Below are positions 50,613 through 62,988 of a stretch of 64,000 nucleotides of DNA, one piece after another. Made by a program: the position numbers and the translations under genes. The notes below the pieces were generated by a model. It was not told the origin of the DNA and made no database searches. It was given only the letters and a program-made list of their open reading frames with translations. Numbering within the stretch: position 1 is the first letter of the stretch; every line of letters begins with the position of its first letter. The DNA is from Podarcis bocagei (lineage: Eukaryota), in assembly GCA_964188305.1 (NCBI GenBank), contig OZ076888.1; one strand, 5' to 3'.

Positions 50613-53096
50613 GTAAGTACTAGAGATTTAATGATTGTTTGATGGCTGTGTGAAGCTTGTTTGATGACTGTGTGTTAGCTAAAGCAAAACTGGAAATGAG
50701 TGCATTTTTAAAAGAACAGTTACAGTCGCAGGCTGCAGTGAGAACATAAATGGAACATGATATTATTTGCATGTTGGGGTGAAGGACAGTATGACATTTC
50801 TTTAAGCCACGCTGTCACAAATTCTGATTGATTGATGTTCTCATTTTATAAATTGTTGACTGCCAGTCAAATTAGGTTTGTTCAATTTATATATCACTCC
50901 CTCTCCAGAAGTTCCAAAACTGATTTACAACCAAAGATTGTGTGTGCGTGTGTTTGTGTGTATTACAAGAGCATTATTTGAAATAGATTTAACCATACAA
51001 TATCATATCATTGGTGCTGTTCGGATGCCCCAGGAAAATGTCTGCCTGCAACCAAAATTGTTGGTGCCAGTCTGCTTTCCCTGTGTCAGGTAAACATGGA
51101 TCCCAAAGCATTTTAAATATTGATGTAATAGTGGTTGTAAATCAAAGCAGGCTTCTGGAACTCAAACGGTTGCAGCTAAACACCCATCTCTTGTTCAATA
51201 TCCACCACATCTCCTCCCCAACTTGTCAGTTTCATCATTGCCATCTACGCTTCCTTGGAGGAGTGAGAGGAAAAAAGCATCCTTGCAGCAGTTAGCCTGA
51301 TGGTCTGTCTAGCCTACTGTTCTGATCTTTTCCCAGTGCAGATGGCAGTAGAGTAATTCTAACAGGGATTGGGCCAGAATGCTAGAGCGTTCCCTGCTTT
51401 TCTTCATGGACTCTGCGCCATCATGCTATCTGGCTTTCCAGGCAATATTACCAAGTCAGTTTGGTGTCTTACAGCTGGAGGGCCTTGCTGTGTACTGCAA
51501 ACCTGTTTGCTGAGGGAGATGACAGCCCATACTGTATGCACCACATGCATTTGCCATGTGAGATGTGGGACTGCTGTAAGTTCAGCGCCAGCCAGTAGGC
51601 CTGAAGTATATAATTGTTTTCAGCACCAGTGGATTTATTGAGCAGGCAGGCTAGCTTTTATGTTTTTGGTTTGACATTGCTCAGACAAGTTCTGCAACAT
51701 GGATTCAGTCCTCTGGATTCCTATTGAAAAGGAACAGAAGTGTTCTGTGTTCCTTAACCTTTCATGAGGCGCATGCATAACTGAGGTTGCTGCAAAGGAT
51801 ATACATGCAGGGCCAGCCCTACCATTAGGCAGAGTGAGGTGATTACCTCAGGTAGAATATATGCCAGGGACAGCCCTATAGCCATTCATCCTGAATCACC
51901 ACTCATTCTCTTCTGTTAGAGATCAGAGCTGAGTGCACCATGTAGCACTCTCCTCACCCAAAAAACACCATAGCCTGTATGGACAAGATCCTGTCACCAG
52001 CACTGAAGTAATATTGAACTGCCAATCATGTTGTCTTCTGTACACAGAATGGCTGGCACTATCTTGTCCTTTACCTCAGATGGCCAAATGTTTGAGGTCA
52101 GCTCTGCATGCATACGGTTTTTTCATGGCACTTCTCTCTTTAACAAACACAAGTTGTCAACTGGGAAAAGATTAGGCCTGTATTTGGGCCAAGCCCTCCA
52201 AATACATAATGTGCCCCTCACTTATGGCATGGGCCATAAGCATTTTGTACTTCGGTGTTGTAGATAGGTATGAATCTACTCTCTGATTGGAGAGGGAGGT
52301 AAAATCTTGCAAATTCTGTATACTGATTTGTTGTTCTGCACTTCAGGAGCAAAACATGGCTTCCTTTCATTTCATAACAGTAAGGTTGTCCAGTTGTCCA
52401 CTGACTTTTTTGTTTAAAAGGAAAGGGGGGGATGTTTCAGTACAGCAGTGACCTATTAAAAATATTATCCAGGAAAAATATTATCCAGGTGGCCCTAAAT
52501 GAAAATCAATATTTTTCAGCACACACATTAAATCTTATCTGATAGTGGGTTTTCCTGAAGCAATGAGAGGGCATGAAGTGCTTTTCTGGAAGGTTTGTAC
52601 AGCTCTGTATCTTTCAGCTGCCAGGACAGATAATGAATGTGCTTGATTTTAAGAAGGTCTTACCCATGAAAGCAGCCACTATCCAGGAAAATGTCACTGG
52701 CAGGACAGAAAACATTACCTGGAATTATATAGAGGAGATCTCATCTAGGATTATTTTATGGACTTTATTCTGAGGAGAGATAACAACTTGTAAAAGACAA
52801 CCAATTAGCCTTGGCTCTTGAAGGGTGGTGGGGAGTACAGAAGAATGTTTTAGAGTTGCACACCATAGCATTGTATTTATAATTACATTTTTTGGGTGTG
52901 CATAAACACAAAGTACTCTCATTCATTATGCTATTATGAGTTGGTTGCTGTCAGGGCTAGAACTGACCTTGGAGTTAGGCAAACTTAGGTGGCTAATTTG
53001 TAAAGATGGGGCTTTGCTATAGGAGTTAATGGAAGGGACAAGCATGCAGGGATCTCTGTTGCTGGAAAATCTGGTACTATGTAAGGAACAGAGAGC

Positions 53097-53127
53097 AAAG
53101 GAAAGGAAAGGAAAGGAAAGGAAAGGA
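53097..53127. repeat. (AAAGG)n pentanucleotide repeat
   Basis: Read directly from the sequence. Confidence 0.93.
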
Positions 53128-55724
53128 TGTTACGTAGGGGAAAGATGGTAAAGGTCACAAAAAGATTTAAGGTAGCTTACGATTGATAGCTTTAACTTGA
53201 TCTGATTTTTAATATTTCTATGCCCCTTTTTCATTCAAATGAGTCCCAAAGTGGCTTACAAACAATAAATAATAATAAGAAAATGGAACATCACAAATAC
53301 AGCATAAAGCATATAGAGTAACAGATCATCAGTGAAACAATTGCAATTTATAAAACTCTGTTAACAAAGCAACAACTAAAAAAATAATAAGCTGAATGTC
53401 ACAATCACAATTAAAGCAAAAGTCATGCCATATGATTAACGAGTCAACACCGCATTTACAATCTATAGAACAGTATTAACAACAGCAACAAAATAGCAAC
53501 CAAAAGATAAACTAAGCACTGTTGAGTTCATACACCCACTGGAGGGGGAGGATTTTTGAGTGGGAAAACTTCAGGGGGAAGTATTGAACCTGCTGCTCTC
53601 AACAAATTGGCAGTGTTGCTCTACAACTACATTTCATTAAAAAGGGGGGGGGGAGAGAACAGGGAGCTCTAATCATGTCCCACATAAAGGGAAGCCCATC
53701 AAAATTATCAGGACCTTTATGTGCTCCAGACAAATTGGCAGCCCATCCCCACATGACTTCTTCTTTTCTTTAATGAAGGAAAAGCACCTGGACAGCCAAC
53801 CACAGATCTACTGCAATAATGTGTAGTTCAGCCCTCAGGCAGTTTAAAGAACAACAGAGGGAAATGTTCTGTGAATTCCCACATATATTAATAGGAACTC
53901 AGGAGAGGGCATTGTGTATGATTGCCGGTGGCTAGGAGACCTGTTTTAACCTGCTTGGAATACCTTTTGAGCAGCTTTCTTTAGTGCAAGGGCAGCTCCA
54001 CACTTCACGTTACTGAGGTCATCTTCGCAAATCATGGTTGCTGCAGGAAATGCTGGTGTTACTAGTCTCATATGCACGCACATGCTAGGTGTGTGCAGCA
54101 ATCACACGATTAGCCTTGTATCTGTAACGTTCTATTATTTATTATTATTTACCGGATTTATATACCGTCCTATACCTGGAGCGGTTCTACAGCCCAATCT
54201 GTTTCAAATCTGCTTTGTGTCATTCCAATTTGATTTGTTATTTGGGTCCCAGTCAGATTGGTTAAATACAAAGCTCTGTTTTGGCCCTGTTGGCTATAAT
54301 GTGGAATCTTAAAAAGGCTATAACTTTTCCCTCTTTACACATAAGTGGTTGACATTTGCTTGCAAAGGAACCCTTCCTGAGTGGATTGTGCCAGCCAAAT
54401 TTCAAACAAATTTATCAGGGCATTTATGTGTTGGTGTTTTGTTATGTATTTTAAAAAAAGACTTAGCCTCTTCTATTTTCTGCCAGAATTGGATGCTCTC
54501 TGAAGGAATGAAGCCTGCCAAATTTCAGAAAAATATGTGGCAGCGATTTCCCTGCAAGGGCAGACTTTTACCATTTGAGGACGAGAAAATAGCAGACACA
54601 TTCCGTCTCTCACATTGTTTTGGGCAATCATTTTGAAAACTGGGGACATGAGGGGACATTCATACATGGTGCCTGGGTACCAAAGCCACAAACGTCTGGA
54701 GAAATAGGTCCACTGGCTATTGTGCTCAGTGATTTCACCTTTGAAGTAAAAAAATCCCTGAAAAGTTAGGGGTTTTTTTCTCATCACTCTTCCTGGAAGT
54801 ACCCTCCATGAAGAAAAAACAAAGTGCTGTGATTTTGTTTGTAAGAGAGAAAAAAAGAATGATTGGGGGGGAAAGCAGGTCACCCCCATAGTTTAACCCA
54901 ACCACTTTTGTTCTGCTTTCCCAGCCAAAATTATAAGGAGGAGGATCTGTGTGTTTCCTTCAGTATCCCTCCCCTAAATAACTTTGATTGGAGTTCACTG
55001 GGAGAATAATTCACTGTGATTAAAAGGTAGACCTGCTTGTCAAAACAAACGACCCAACTTTTTCTTTCTTGACTGCTTGACATTTCCCTAGTCAGCTTCA
55101 TTTCATTTCTCGGGAAAGCAAAGTAAGGCAGTGGGTAGGGAGCTGAGAGTTTGACTTTATGTACAAAAAAGGAGGAAAAAGACAGCAGAGCCTCTCAGAA
55201 GTTTGGGAACTCCCTGATCCACCTCGACACGCCTTGTTAACATGGATCACCTCACGTTATTCATACAAACACACAGAGCTGATGCCACACCGCTAGTATA
55301 CACAGCTCAAAATCCAATCTCAATTATATACACAAACACAGGTTGCTTAAAGATTTATAGCATTAAAAAATATGATTTATAGCCATTGTGGAAAAGCTAA
55401 CTCACCAAACGCTAACTCACCTAATCAAAGACAGGCTCATTTGTCTGAATGTGGTAGGATGCAATTCTTTATACAAATAAGAGACCGAAGAGGCAGAAGT
55501 TTCTTCCCCCTTAACAGCCTGCAAACATTTGGAATAATAATATTTTTTTAAAAAAGATGCACGCACATGCATCTATGAGGTTCTCATGTGTCATGTTGTA
55601 TATGGTAACTGGATGGTAAGCACAGGTGCAAACTTGTGATGTGTGGAGCCTACATAATTGCAGCAATGGAGAAGGCTTCCAGAACTTATGTATAAGGAAA
55701 GTCTTATACATGCTTATCTGGGAG

Positions 55725-56078
55725 TAAGGTAAAGGTAAAGGGACCCCTGACCATTAGGTCCAGTCGTGACCGACTGGGGTTGCATCGCTCATCTCGCTTT
55801 ATTGGCCGAGGGAGCCGGCGTACAGCTTCTGGGTCATGTGGCCAGCATGACTAAGCCGCTTCTGGCGAACCAGAGCAGCGCACGGAAATGCCGTTTACCT
55901 TCCCACCGGAGCGGTACCTATTTATCTACTTGCACTTTGACGTGCTTTCAAACTGCTAGGTGGGCAGGAGCAGGGACCGAGCAACGGGAGCTCACCCCGT
56001 CGCGGGGATTCGAACTGCCAACCTTCTGATCGGCAAGTCCTAGGCTCTGTGGTTTAACCCACAGCGCCACCCGCATTT
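55725..56078 (-). mobile_element. Sauria SINE
   Basis: (AAAGGT)n tail at left, head CAGCGCCACCCGC at right; TSD CTTATCTGGGAG at 55713-55724 and 56079-56090. Confidence 0.94.
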
Positions 56079-56558
56079 CTTATCTGGGAGGAAGTCCTAT
56101 TAAATGCAACAAGACTTCCTTCAGAGTAAACATACACAGGATTTCACTGTAAGTCTCGTTCCAACTAATTGGGCCTTTTGAATTTAGACTTACATTTTAT
56201 ATCGTAATCCCATCTCAAGACAAAAATAATCCTTTCTGTGAGAGTGGCAGGAACAAGTTGAAATGATGAATGGTAGCAGTGTCCCAGCACTAATGAAGCT
56301 TATGAGGCTTGTGATAAGAGTGATGGAAGCTGTGGGCAGTGGCATATTTCACAGCAGACAAGGCCCCGTGCATTTCCACTTACCAGACCTCTGGACTGTA
56401 AATCAGCCCATTCCCTTATTTTTTGGAAGCAAGAACAGGAACACTCTCAATTCTTGGAGAACTGAGCCCAAGTAGAAACCCCACAGACACATCATGCCAT
56501 TGCACAGAAACATTGTGGCTGAAAAGCAAAAATTTCTAATCCCTTTGTTAACAAGGAG

Positions 56559-56710
56559 CAGAACATAAGACGATCCCTGCTGGATCAGGCCAGTGGCCCA
56601 TCTAGTCCAGCATCCTGTTCTCACAGTAGTCAACCAGATGCTTGTGGGAAATGAGCAAGCAGGATTTGAATGCCAGAGCACTCTGCCCTTCTGTGGTTTC
56701 CGGCAACTAG
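56559..56710 (-). mobile_element. CR1-type LINE 3' end
   Basis: AGAACATAAGA...CTGCTGGATCAGGCCAGTGGCCCATCTAGTCCAGCATCCT, also seen at about 43215-43420. Other CR1 tails at about 7730-7790 and 30588-30697. Confidence 0.7.
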
Positions 56711-56883
56711 TCTATATGCTTCTTGAAACTCTCAAAGAACACTTAATAGGTCAGTGAGAAAGGACGTGCGCTTGCAGAAACCATGCTGGCCCTGCATCAG
56801 CAAGACTTGTTCTTCTTGAACATGCCTTGATAATTTTATCTTTTGTAATGCTTTCTATCAGATTTCCCAGAAGAGAAGTTAAG

Positions 56884-57237
56884 GTAAAGGGTAAAGGGAC
56901 CCCTGACCATCAGGTCCAGTCGTGACCGACTCTGGGGTTGCAGTGCTCATCTCGCTTTGTTGGCTGAGGGAGCCAGTGTACAGCTTCCGGGTCATGTGGC
57001 CAGCATGACTAAGCCGCTTCTGGCGAACCACAGGAGCACACGGAAACGCCGTTTATCTTCCCGCCGGAGCGGTACCTATTTATCTACTTGCACTTTGAGG
57101 TGCTTTTCAACTGCTAGGTTGGCAGGAGCAGGGACCAAGCAACGGGAGCTCACCCAGTCGTGGGGATTCGAACCACTGACCTTCTGATCGGCAAGTCCTA
57201 GGCTCTGTGGTTTAACCCACAGCGCCACCTGCGTCCC
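56884..57237 (-). mobile_element. Sauria SINE
   Basis: Same layout, ending CAGCGCCACCTGCGTCCC; TSD AGAAGTTAAG at 56874-56883 and 57238-57247. Confidence 0.94.
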
Positions 57238-57393
57238 AGAAGTTAAGTTAGCTGCTCTTAAATTTCCCATAACTCCTCTGGATCCCCTTTTTATTTATTG
57301 GTGTTACATTGGCCAGTTCTCAGCTATACAGACTGATCTTGAGGACAGGTTACATATTTTCATTAGAAAACCAGCAATTTCAAATTTGAATTT

Positions 57394-57700
57394 TTAAAGA
57401 ATTGATGCCATTAGGATCAGGTGTTTGGTGATTTTTATTTTGTCTATTAGGCCAAGAACATCTTCTCTTGTCACCACCATTTTCCTCAGTTGCTCAGACT
57501 CCCTTCCTGCAAAAGTTAGTTCAGACACTGGGATCTGCGCTATATCTTCCGTTGTGAAGGCACATGCAAAGGATTCATTCAGCTTCTCCACAATCTCCTT
57601 ATTCTCCTTTAGCATACCTTTGACTTCCTTTCCATTGGAGGATACGGCCCCCTCCCTAGTCAGCCTTCTGCTATTAATGCATTTAAAGAATTGTTTTATT
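57394..57700 (-). mobile_element. CR1 ORF2 internal fragment
   Basis: KEIVEKLNESFACAFTTED...VTREDVLGLIDKIKITK resembles the CR1 linker (AExLNxFFxSVFTxE) that precedes KSPGPDG. Confidence 0.72.
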
Positions 57701-58866
57701 GTTGGTCTTTTAGCATCCCTTATAGTCTGCTTGCTCCCCTCCCCCCCCCAAAGTAATAACTACCTGACTCTGCCAGTTAATTACACTGGCATCCTAGTGG
57801 TACCAGGGCCAACAACATGGTTGCTTTTAAAACAACAACACTAGGTTGCATTTTTGTATATCACTAGCATGAAAACCTATTCAAAGCAATATGAACTGCC
57901 TTGACATCCTTGTGCCAAACTTTGCTTTGTCTATGGCGGGAAGGGATTCCTTGCTTCCTAGGAGAATGCAAAAATCATACAGGCTAGTTTACTGTTTAAC
58001 TTTCCAACATTATTTTTATAGTATGCTATCTATCGGAATAGATGCTGATGCTGCAAACATTTAGGCGCATTACATGCCAGGCAATAAGCCCACACATCAA
58101 GGATGCATGGAAGCTCATGCTCAAGCCTAAAGAGGCTGCTGATTTCCTTTCTGTCTGCAGTTCCTTATCCGCACCAAATACCACTCTGCCCCATGCTTTC
58201 CAGCTTGTGTTGGGAGGAAACCAACCGCGATCCTTGCCCTTGACTTTATCCAAACCCAACAAACAACAAAATGTAGGCAATGTTTGTTCTTGGCTTACTG
58301 ATTCTGGTTTGTTGGAGAGAAACAAATCATGTTCCCTGGATTGGACATAATACTTAACCAGGGATCATGGCTTATTTCTCCCTGGTGTGATTGGGAAGTA
58401 GTGCAAGTACCCAGTTTGGTGTGCTCATGGGAAACCATTAACTATGGTTTCTCATGATGTACAAACTGGACTGTCATGTATACACAGAGATTCCACACAT
58501 TTGGGGCTTACAAACAGTGTAGCTATTTCTGGGAAACACTGCTGATCTGCAATTTAGTAATCTGCCCTCTTTTAGCTCTTAGTTTCCATTTTAAAAGCTG
58601 ACACATTTTAAGTAGGGCTCCAAGCGATTTATATATCAGTTAAGATTCAGAACTAAGCCTCTGATTTCTTAAAAAAAAAAAAAATTAAGCATGTGTGCTA
58701 TTTGGCTACAGATAGTGATCATGCAGCTTTGCTCTAATCTAGGGAACTCGCCAGAGATAATTCAGCCAGATCATCTAAATGAAGCTAACTGGAAATTATT
58801 AATTCCATGGGACTGATGGAGAGAAGATGCAGTAACAAATGATGCCTTTTTATATCTCTCTCATAG

Positions 58867-58957
58867 GCCATTTCATTCCTGACACCTCTGGCTGTCATTT
58901 TTGTGGTGAAAATCATTCGACGGACAGACAAGACTGAAATCAAGGAAGCTTTTTTAG
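58867..58957 (+). CDS. PLPP4: PLPP4 coding exon 3 (AISFLTPLAVIFVVKIIRRTDKTEIKEAFL + G)
   Basis: ctctctcatag acceptor; 91 nt; GTAAAT donor at 58958; phase 0 start fits exon 2. Transmembrane segment typical of PLPP4. Confidence 0.97.
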
Positions 58958-59627
58958 GTAAATTGAAAATCATATTCTTGCTTTTTTATTTGTTTTTTAT
59001 TGGAAAGCTATTGCTCTCAGAAAATGTGGGAGGAACATTTTTATTTCTTTCAGGAAGCATGTGTCAGATGTTCTTATACCTTTAAAAGAAAAAGTAAAAC
59101 AAAAACAACCAACATTTCCTGGGCTTTGTTAGGCAAGAGCTTTTATTCCTCCTGAAACCTGTGTTCATTCCGGCACCTTAAAGTCAGCAGAAATTACTGA
59201 TAGAGCAGTAAAGAACAGGCAAAGGTGAGAGGAGTGGGTGAAAGCTATGTGGCAGTGGAAGGTTGTATTAAATAGTGTTTCTTTCTATCCTTGGGGAGAT
59301 GAGCAGCAGTGTGCGTGTTTGAATTTCTGCTGCAGCTATTTGGAAGAAGCCTACACTTCTTGTGGTAATTGATCTAAAGAGAAAGGGTGAGACGTTTCTA
59401 AACTTTCTAAGCGAGCCTCACACCAAAGCCTTATATTATCATTCAGACTGCCAGGCAGTTTTAGGCTAAGCCCGGCAACCTTTCCCAGACTCAGCATCAT
59501 ATATGATAACCAGGCACAGAAAAGTTCAAGCTATAGCTTGAAACTTTAAGCTGCAGTGAAGACAAAAGAACTTGTAGTACACTCTCAAGTCTTCATTTGC
59601 AGCCAACACTCTGTGCTTTTTGAACTG

Positions 59628-59783
59628 GGTGCCTATCTGACTTTTAGAAGACGTCTGAAGGCAGCCCTATTTAAGGAAGTTTTAAATGTTTGATGTTTTA
59701 TTGTGCTTTTAATATTCTGTTGAGAGCCACCCAGAGTGGCATACTACTACTACTACTACTACTACTACTAATAATAATAATAA
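59628..59783 (+). mobile_element. L2-type LINE 3' end with (TAC)n(TAA)n tail
   Basis: TTTAGAAGAC.TCTGAAGGCAGCCCT...GCC.CCCAGAGTGGC then a microsatellite tail. Older L2-like tails at about 25075-25345 and 28550-28640. Confidence 0.6.
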
Positions 59784-61234
59784 TTTTTAAAAATTGTTAT
59801 TTCAGCAACCTCTGAAAGGCTTAAGGATCCCCACACCTGGTGTGTACACAAAAAATCCAGGAGTTCAAATAGAGTCCAAATCTTCCTATGTATCCCCAGT
59901 TTGAATTAATCTTGGGAATAAAATGGATCTTCCTTTGCAGGTGTCATTTGATTTCAAGGAAGAAAGGATTGTACTCTTTCATTTGAAGCTGAAGCAGCTA
60001 CCGTGCTAGTGGCATCACCTGTCAAAGTAGCTTGTGGGCAACTGGGGACTGGAAAGATCTAGTCACCTCCCATTACACTCCATCAAACCAGTTCTATCCC
60101 TCCCTTCTACCCCTTTCCACTCTATTTTGCCCAGACCACCAGATTTACATGTCTCTTCCTATTACATTAGCCTTTTCAGTGGCTTTGCTTTTTAGCAAAC
60201 CTTTATGGCCTCTCCAAATGCTACACAAGGAAAAAGACACATTTGCTTTGAGCAGTCACTGAGGACGTACTCTCATGCCACTATTTCAAGGTACCTACTT
60301 GAGTCATTTGAAGTGTGATCATAAACACAAACTGTGGGTGGAAGAGTTCCAATTCCACCACAAAACTATTGGCATCCCCTGCTCATTTACCGTTCATAGT
60401 TATTTTCTTCATACTAGCTGCAAAGCTGTTTCATGGAACTTGTTCCTTGAAATGGCACATATTTAATGTCAACTTTGACCCCTCCAGCACTGTAGCCTTC
60501 ATTACTTGGGTTGTCTACCTCTGTTGCAAAAAAGGATACTTTCAATCACGAAAGTGTGAAGTGCCTTGCCACATTCTACACAAGAAAGCTGTTTCTTAGG
60601 AGCTGTCCAGCACTTTCCTGCTGGCGCATAAAGCGTGAAAGAATGCTATTCATACGACAACACCTTAATTTAATTCTGGCTCCTCAAACCAGAAGCATCT
60701 CAAGGTAATGCCACAGACTTGTGCTGTGGCATTCTTGCATTTCCAATGAATCCTTTGAGAGGCAAGTAACCCTTAAGAAACGATTGTTCAGAAATTTTCA
60801 GGACAATTGAATGACTTCAGATAATTGCTGGATGACCCTGTGCTAACTTGCCACGTAACAGTGTTGCACAGTGCTATGACTCTGCAGAAAGGAACACTGA
60901 GTAACAAAGCCCTATAAGTTTGTTAGCAGAGGCCATGAAATGCTGTTCTTTAAATAGTATTGCATAAACAGGCCTTTTTATACTAGAAGAAAAAACTTGA
61001 TGTTGAGCAAGAACTCCACTTGGTATACTATGACAAGAGAGAAGCCACACATATTTTGCTCAAAGATGGGGAATGCTAAGCTATTGGTGGGCTTTTCTCT
61101 CATACTAGCACAGTCTTCATGCCACTGGATATGCAAGATTCCAGGTGTAGTTAGTTCAAAATATACATAAGTCTCACTGTGTGGCCTTTTAAAATCATCA
61201 CCTTGTATTAGAGAGCCATCATGAGATTTTAAAA

Positions 61235-61370
61235 CAGGCGCCCCCAAACTCGGCCCTCCAGATGTTTTGGGACTACAACTCCCATCATCCCTAGCTAACA
61301 GGACCAGTGGTCAGAGATGATGGGAATTGTACTCCCAAAACATCTGGAGGGCTGAGTTTGGGGATGCCTG
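61235..61370. mobile_element. Foldback hAT-type MITE
   Basis: Long arms CAGGC..CCCCAAACTC.GCCCTCCAGATGTTTTGGGA.TACAA.TCCCATCATC and its inverse; 8-bp TSD TTTTAAAA. Degenerate relatives near 1790-1960, 14045-14175, 17725-17830, 34610-34665, 42577-42692, 45205-45305 and 63560-63780. Confidence 0.88.
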
Positions 61371-61954
61371 TTTTAAAACAAAACGCCAGACCTCATGGAG
61401 CAAGTCTCAACTGAGTGAAAACATGGCACAAGAACAGTAACATTTGATAAAAGCTGGTTGGAGAAACAATGAGACTTTTAAAGACCTGCTAAGCAGTACA
61501 GTGTTTAAAAGATGAGAAAGCATGGATGACTCCTGCCACACCTCTGTTGGTAAGGCATTTGACAGTTACACTAAAGGCTCAGTCCCTGTTAAAGGCTGAC
61601 CAAACCTCAGGAGTGTGGGAAACTACCCAACATACCCCAGAAGATCTCTTATTGAGGTAGAGCTTAAGAAATCAGGAGCCTTATGGGCTCCATCAGTGCT
61701 ATATGTGTAATTGGAGCCCACCACAAAACCATCTATCTCACCAATAAAGAGGCAACTTTAAGACACAAACCCACGATGCAAGAAAACCAAGGAGAATTGG
61801 GTATTTGAGTTGTATCTGACTACTGTAAGCCATACTCAGAGGAGATCTACTAAAATTACTAACTTGCCCATTGATTTTAGTGTGGATTCTCTGAGAATAG
61901 TGTGTATACAATATTTTAGATTGTTATCCACCCTGTGATTTTTGAAGGAAGGGT

Positions 61955-61955
<1 letters not shown>

Positions 61956-61993
<38 letters not shown>
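61956..61993. repeat. (AC)n microsatellite
   Basis: Read directly from the sequence. Confidence 0.97.
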
Positions 61994-61996
<3 letters not shown>

Positions 61997-62335
61997 TTTA
62001 ATATTTACAAGCTATGAGTTAACCTTACTGCTTACTGAAGACTCTTATTTCAATCTATTTCTGAGTTCTCAACATATTGAGAAAATGTATGGTTGGAATT
62101 CAACATCATGCTAAGGAGATTGTTCCCTCAGTGCAAGCATTTCTGTTTGCCAGGAGGGATGATCTCTCCTCTCTATTCTGAGGGTTCTTCTGACCTTCTT
62201 GAACAGATTTGGGGAGGGAATGTGGAGAGGAGAGGGGTAGAATATCCTGTTGCACCAGTGCAACAACTGACTTGAATCTGGCTCTATATGCTGTGGTTCT
62301 GGGTTATTATGTTCTTGTTTCATTTTGTTTTTTAG

Positions 62336-62399
62336 CTGTTTCCTTGGCTCTTGCTTTGAATGGAGTCTGCACAAACACTATTAAATTAATTGTGGGGAG
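62336..62399 (+). CDS. PLPP4: PLPP4 coding exon 4 (AVSLALALNGVCTNTIKLIVGR); gene continues beyond the window
   Basis: ttttgttttttag acceptor; 64 nt; GTAAGT donor at 62400; G+CT=Ala fits exon 3. Ends inside the PAP2 C1 motif KxxxxxxRP (KLIVGR-PRP). Confidence 0.97.
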
Positions 62400-62850
62400 G
62401 TAAGTCCTGGAATATTCCAGCTGTTGACTTGAGCTTTGCTAACTGACAAGTAACCATGAACTTCTGAATGGAAATGGTAATCAGGAAGTTTGCATAAATA
62501 AAAGTTAGTACAAAGGTAGTGTAATGATTGCAGCACCTGTCCTTGTAGAATAGGAATCTGCTATATAAAGGATGGAGATGCTAATGGCTTGTTCTAACAG
62601 TTCTGCTATTCTTTAGAAATATCTAGTATGTGTGGGCTCAGTAACACATCTGAAGGTATTAATCTTCTGTACCTGAAATCGTTCATTGTGCATAAGCAGG
62701 AATAATGCAGTCCCCTTATGAAACAGTATTCATATCCAGTATTCCTTCTTCCAGTAAGTACCCCCCATGAACCACTTTTTCATATGGCCAGTGTGGAATC
62801 AACAATTGTTTTAAATGCCCAATAGAATGAACAATATAAATGGAGTTATA

Positions 62851-62988
62851 GTTACAAGTAGGTAGCCGTGTTGGTCTGCCGTAGTCTAAACAAAATAAAA
62901 AATAAAAAAAATTCCTTCCAGTAGCACCTTGGAGACCAACTAAGTTTGTTATTGGTATGAGCTTTCATGTGCATGCACACTTCTTCGG
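62851..62988 (-). mobile_element. Second PLE terminal-repeat copy (PLPP4 intron 4) with a broken hammerhead
   Basis: Reverse complement reads CCGAAGAAGTGTGCATGCACATGAAAGCTCATACCAATAACAAACTTAGTTGGTCTCCAAGGTGCTACTGGAAGGAATTTT, homologous to 11800-11885. Confidence 0.8.

Noticed and set aside
54315-54620. Repeated GCCAAATTTCA motif suggesting an old tandem or Helitron-like relic
   Set aside because: Only two short matches; not enough to define a unit or family.
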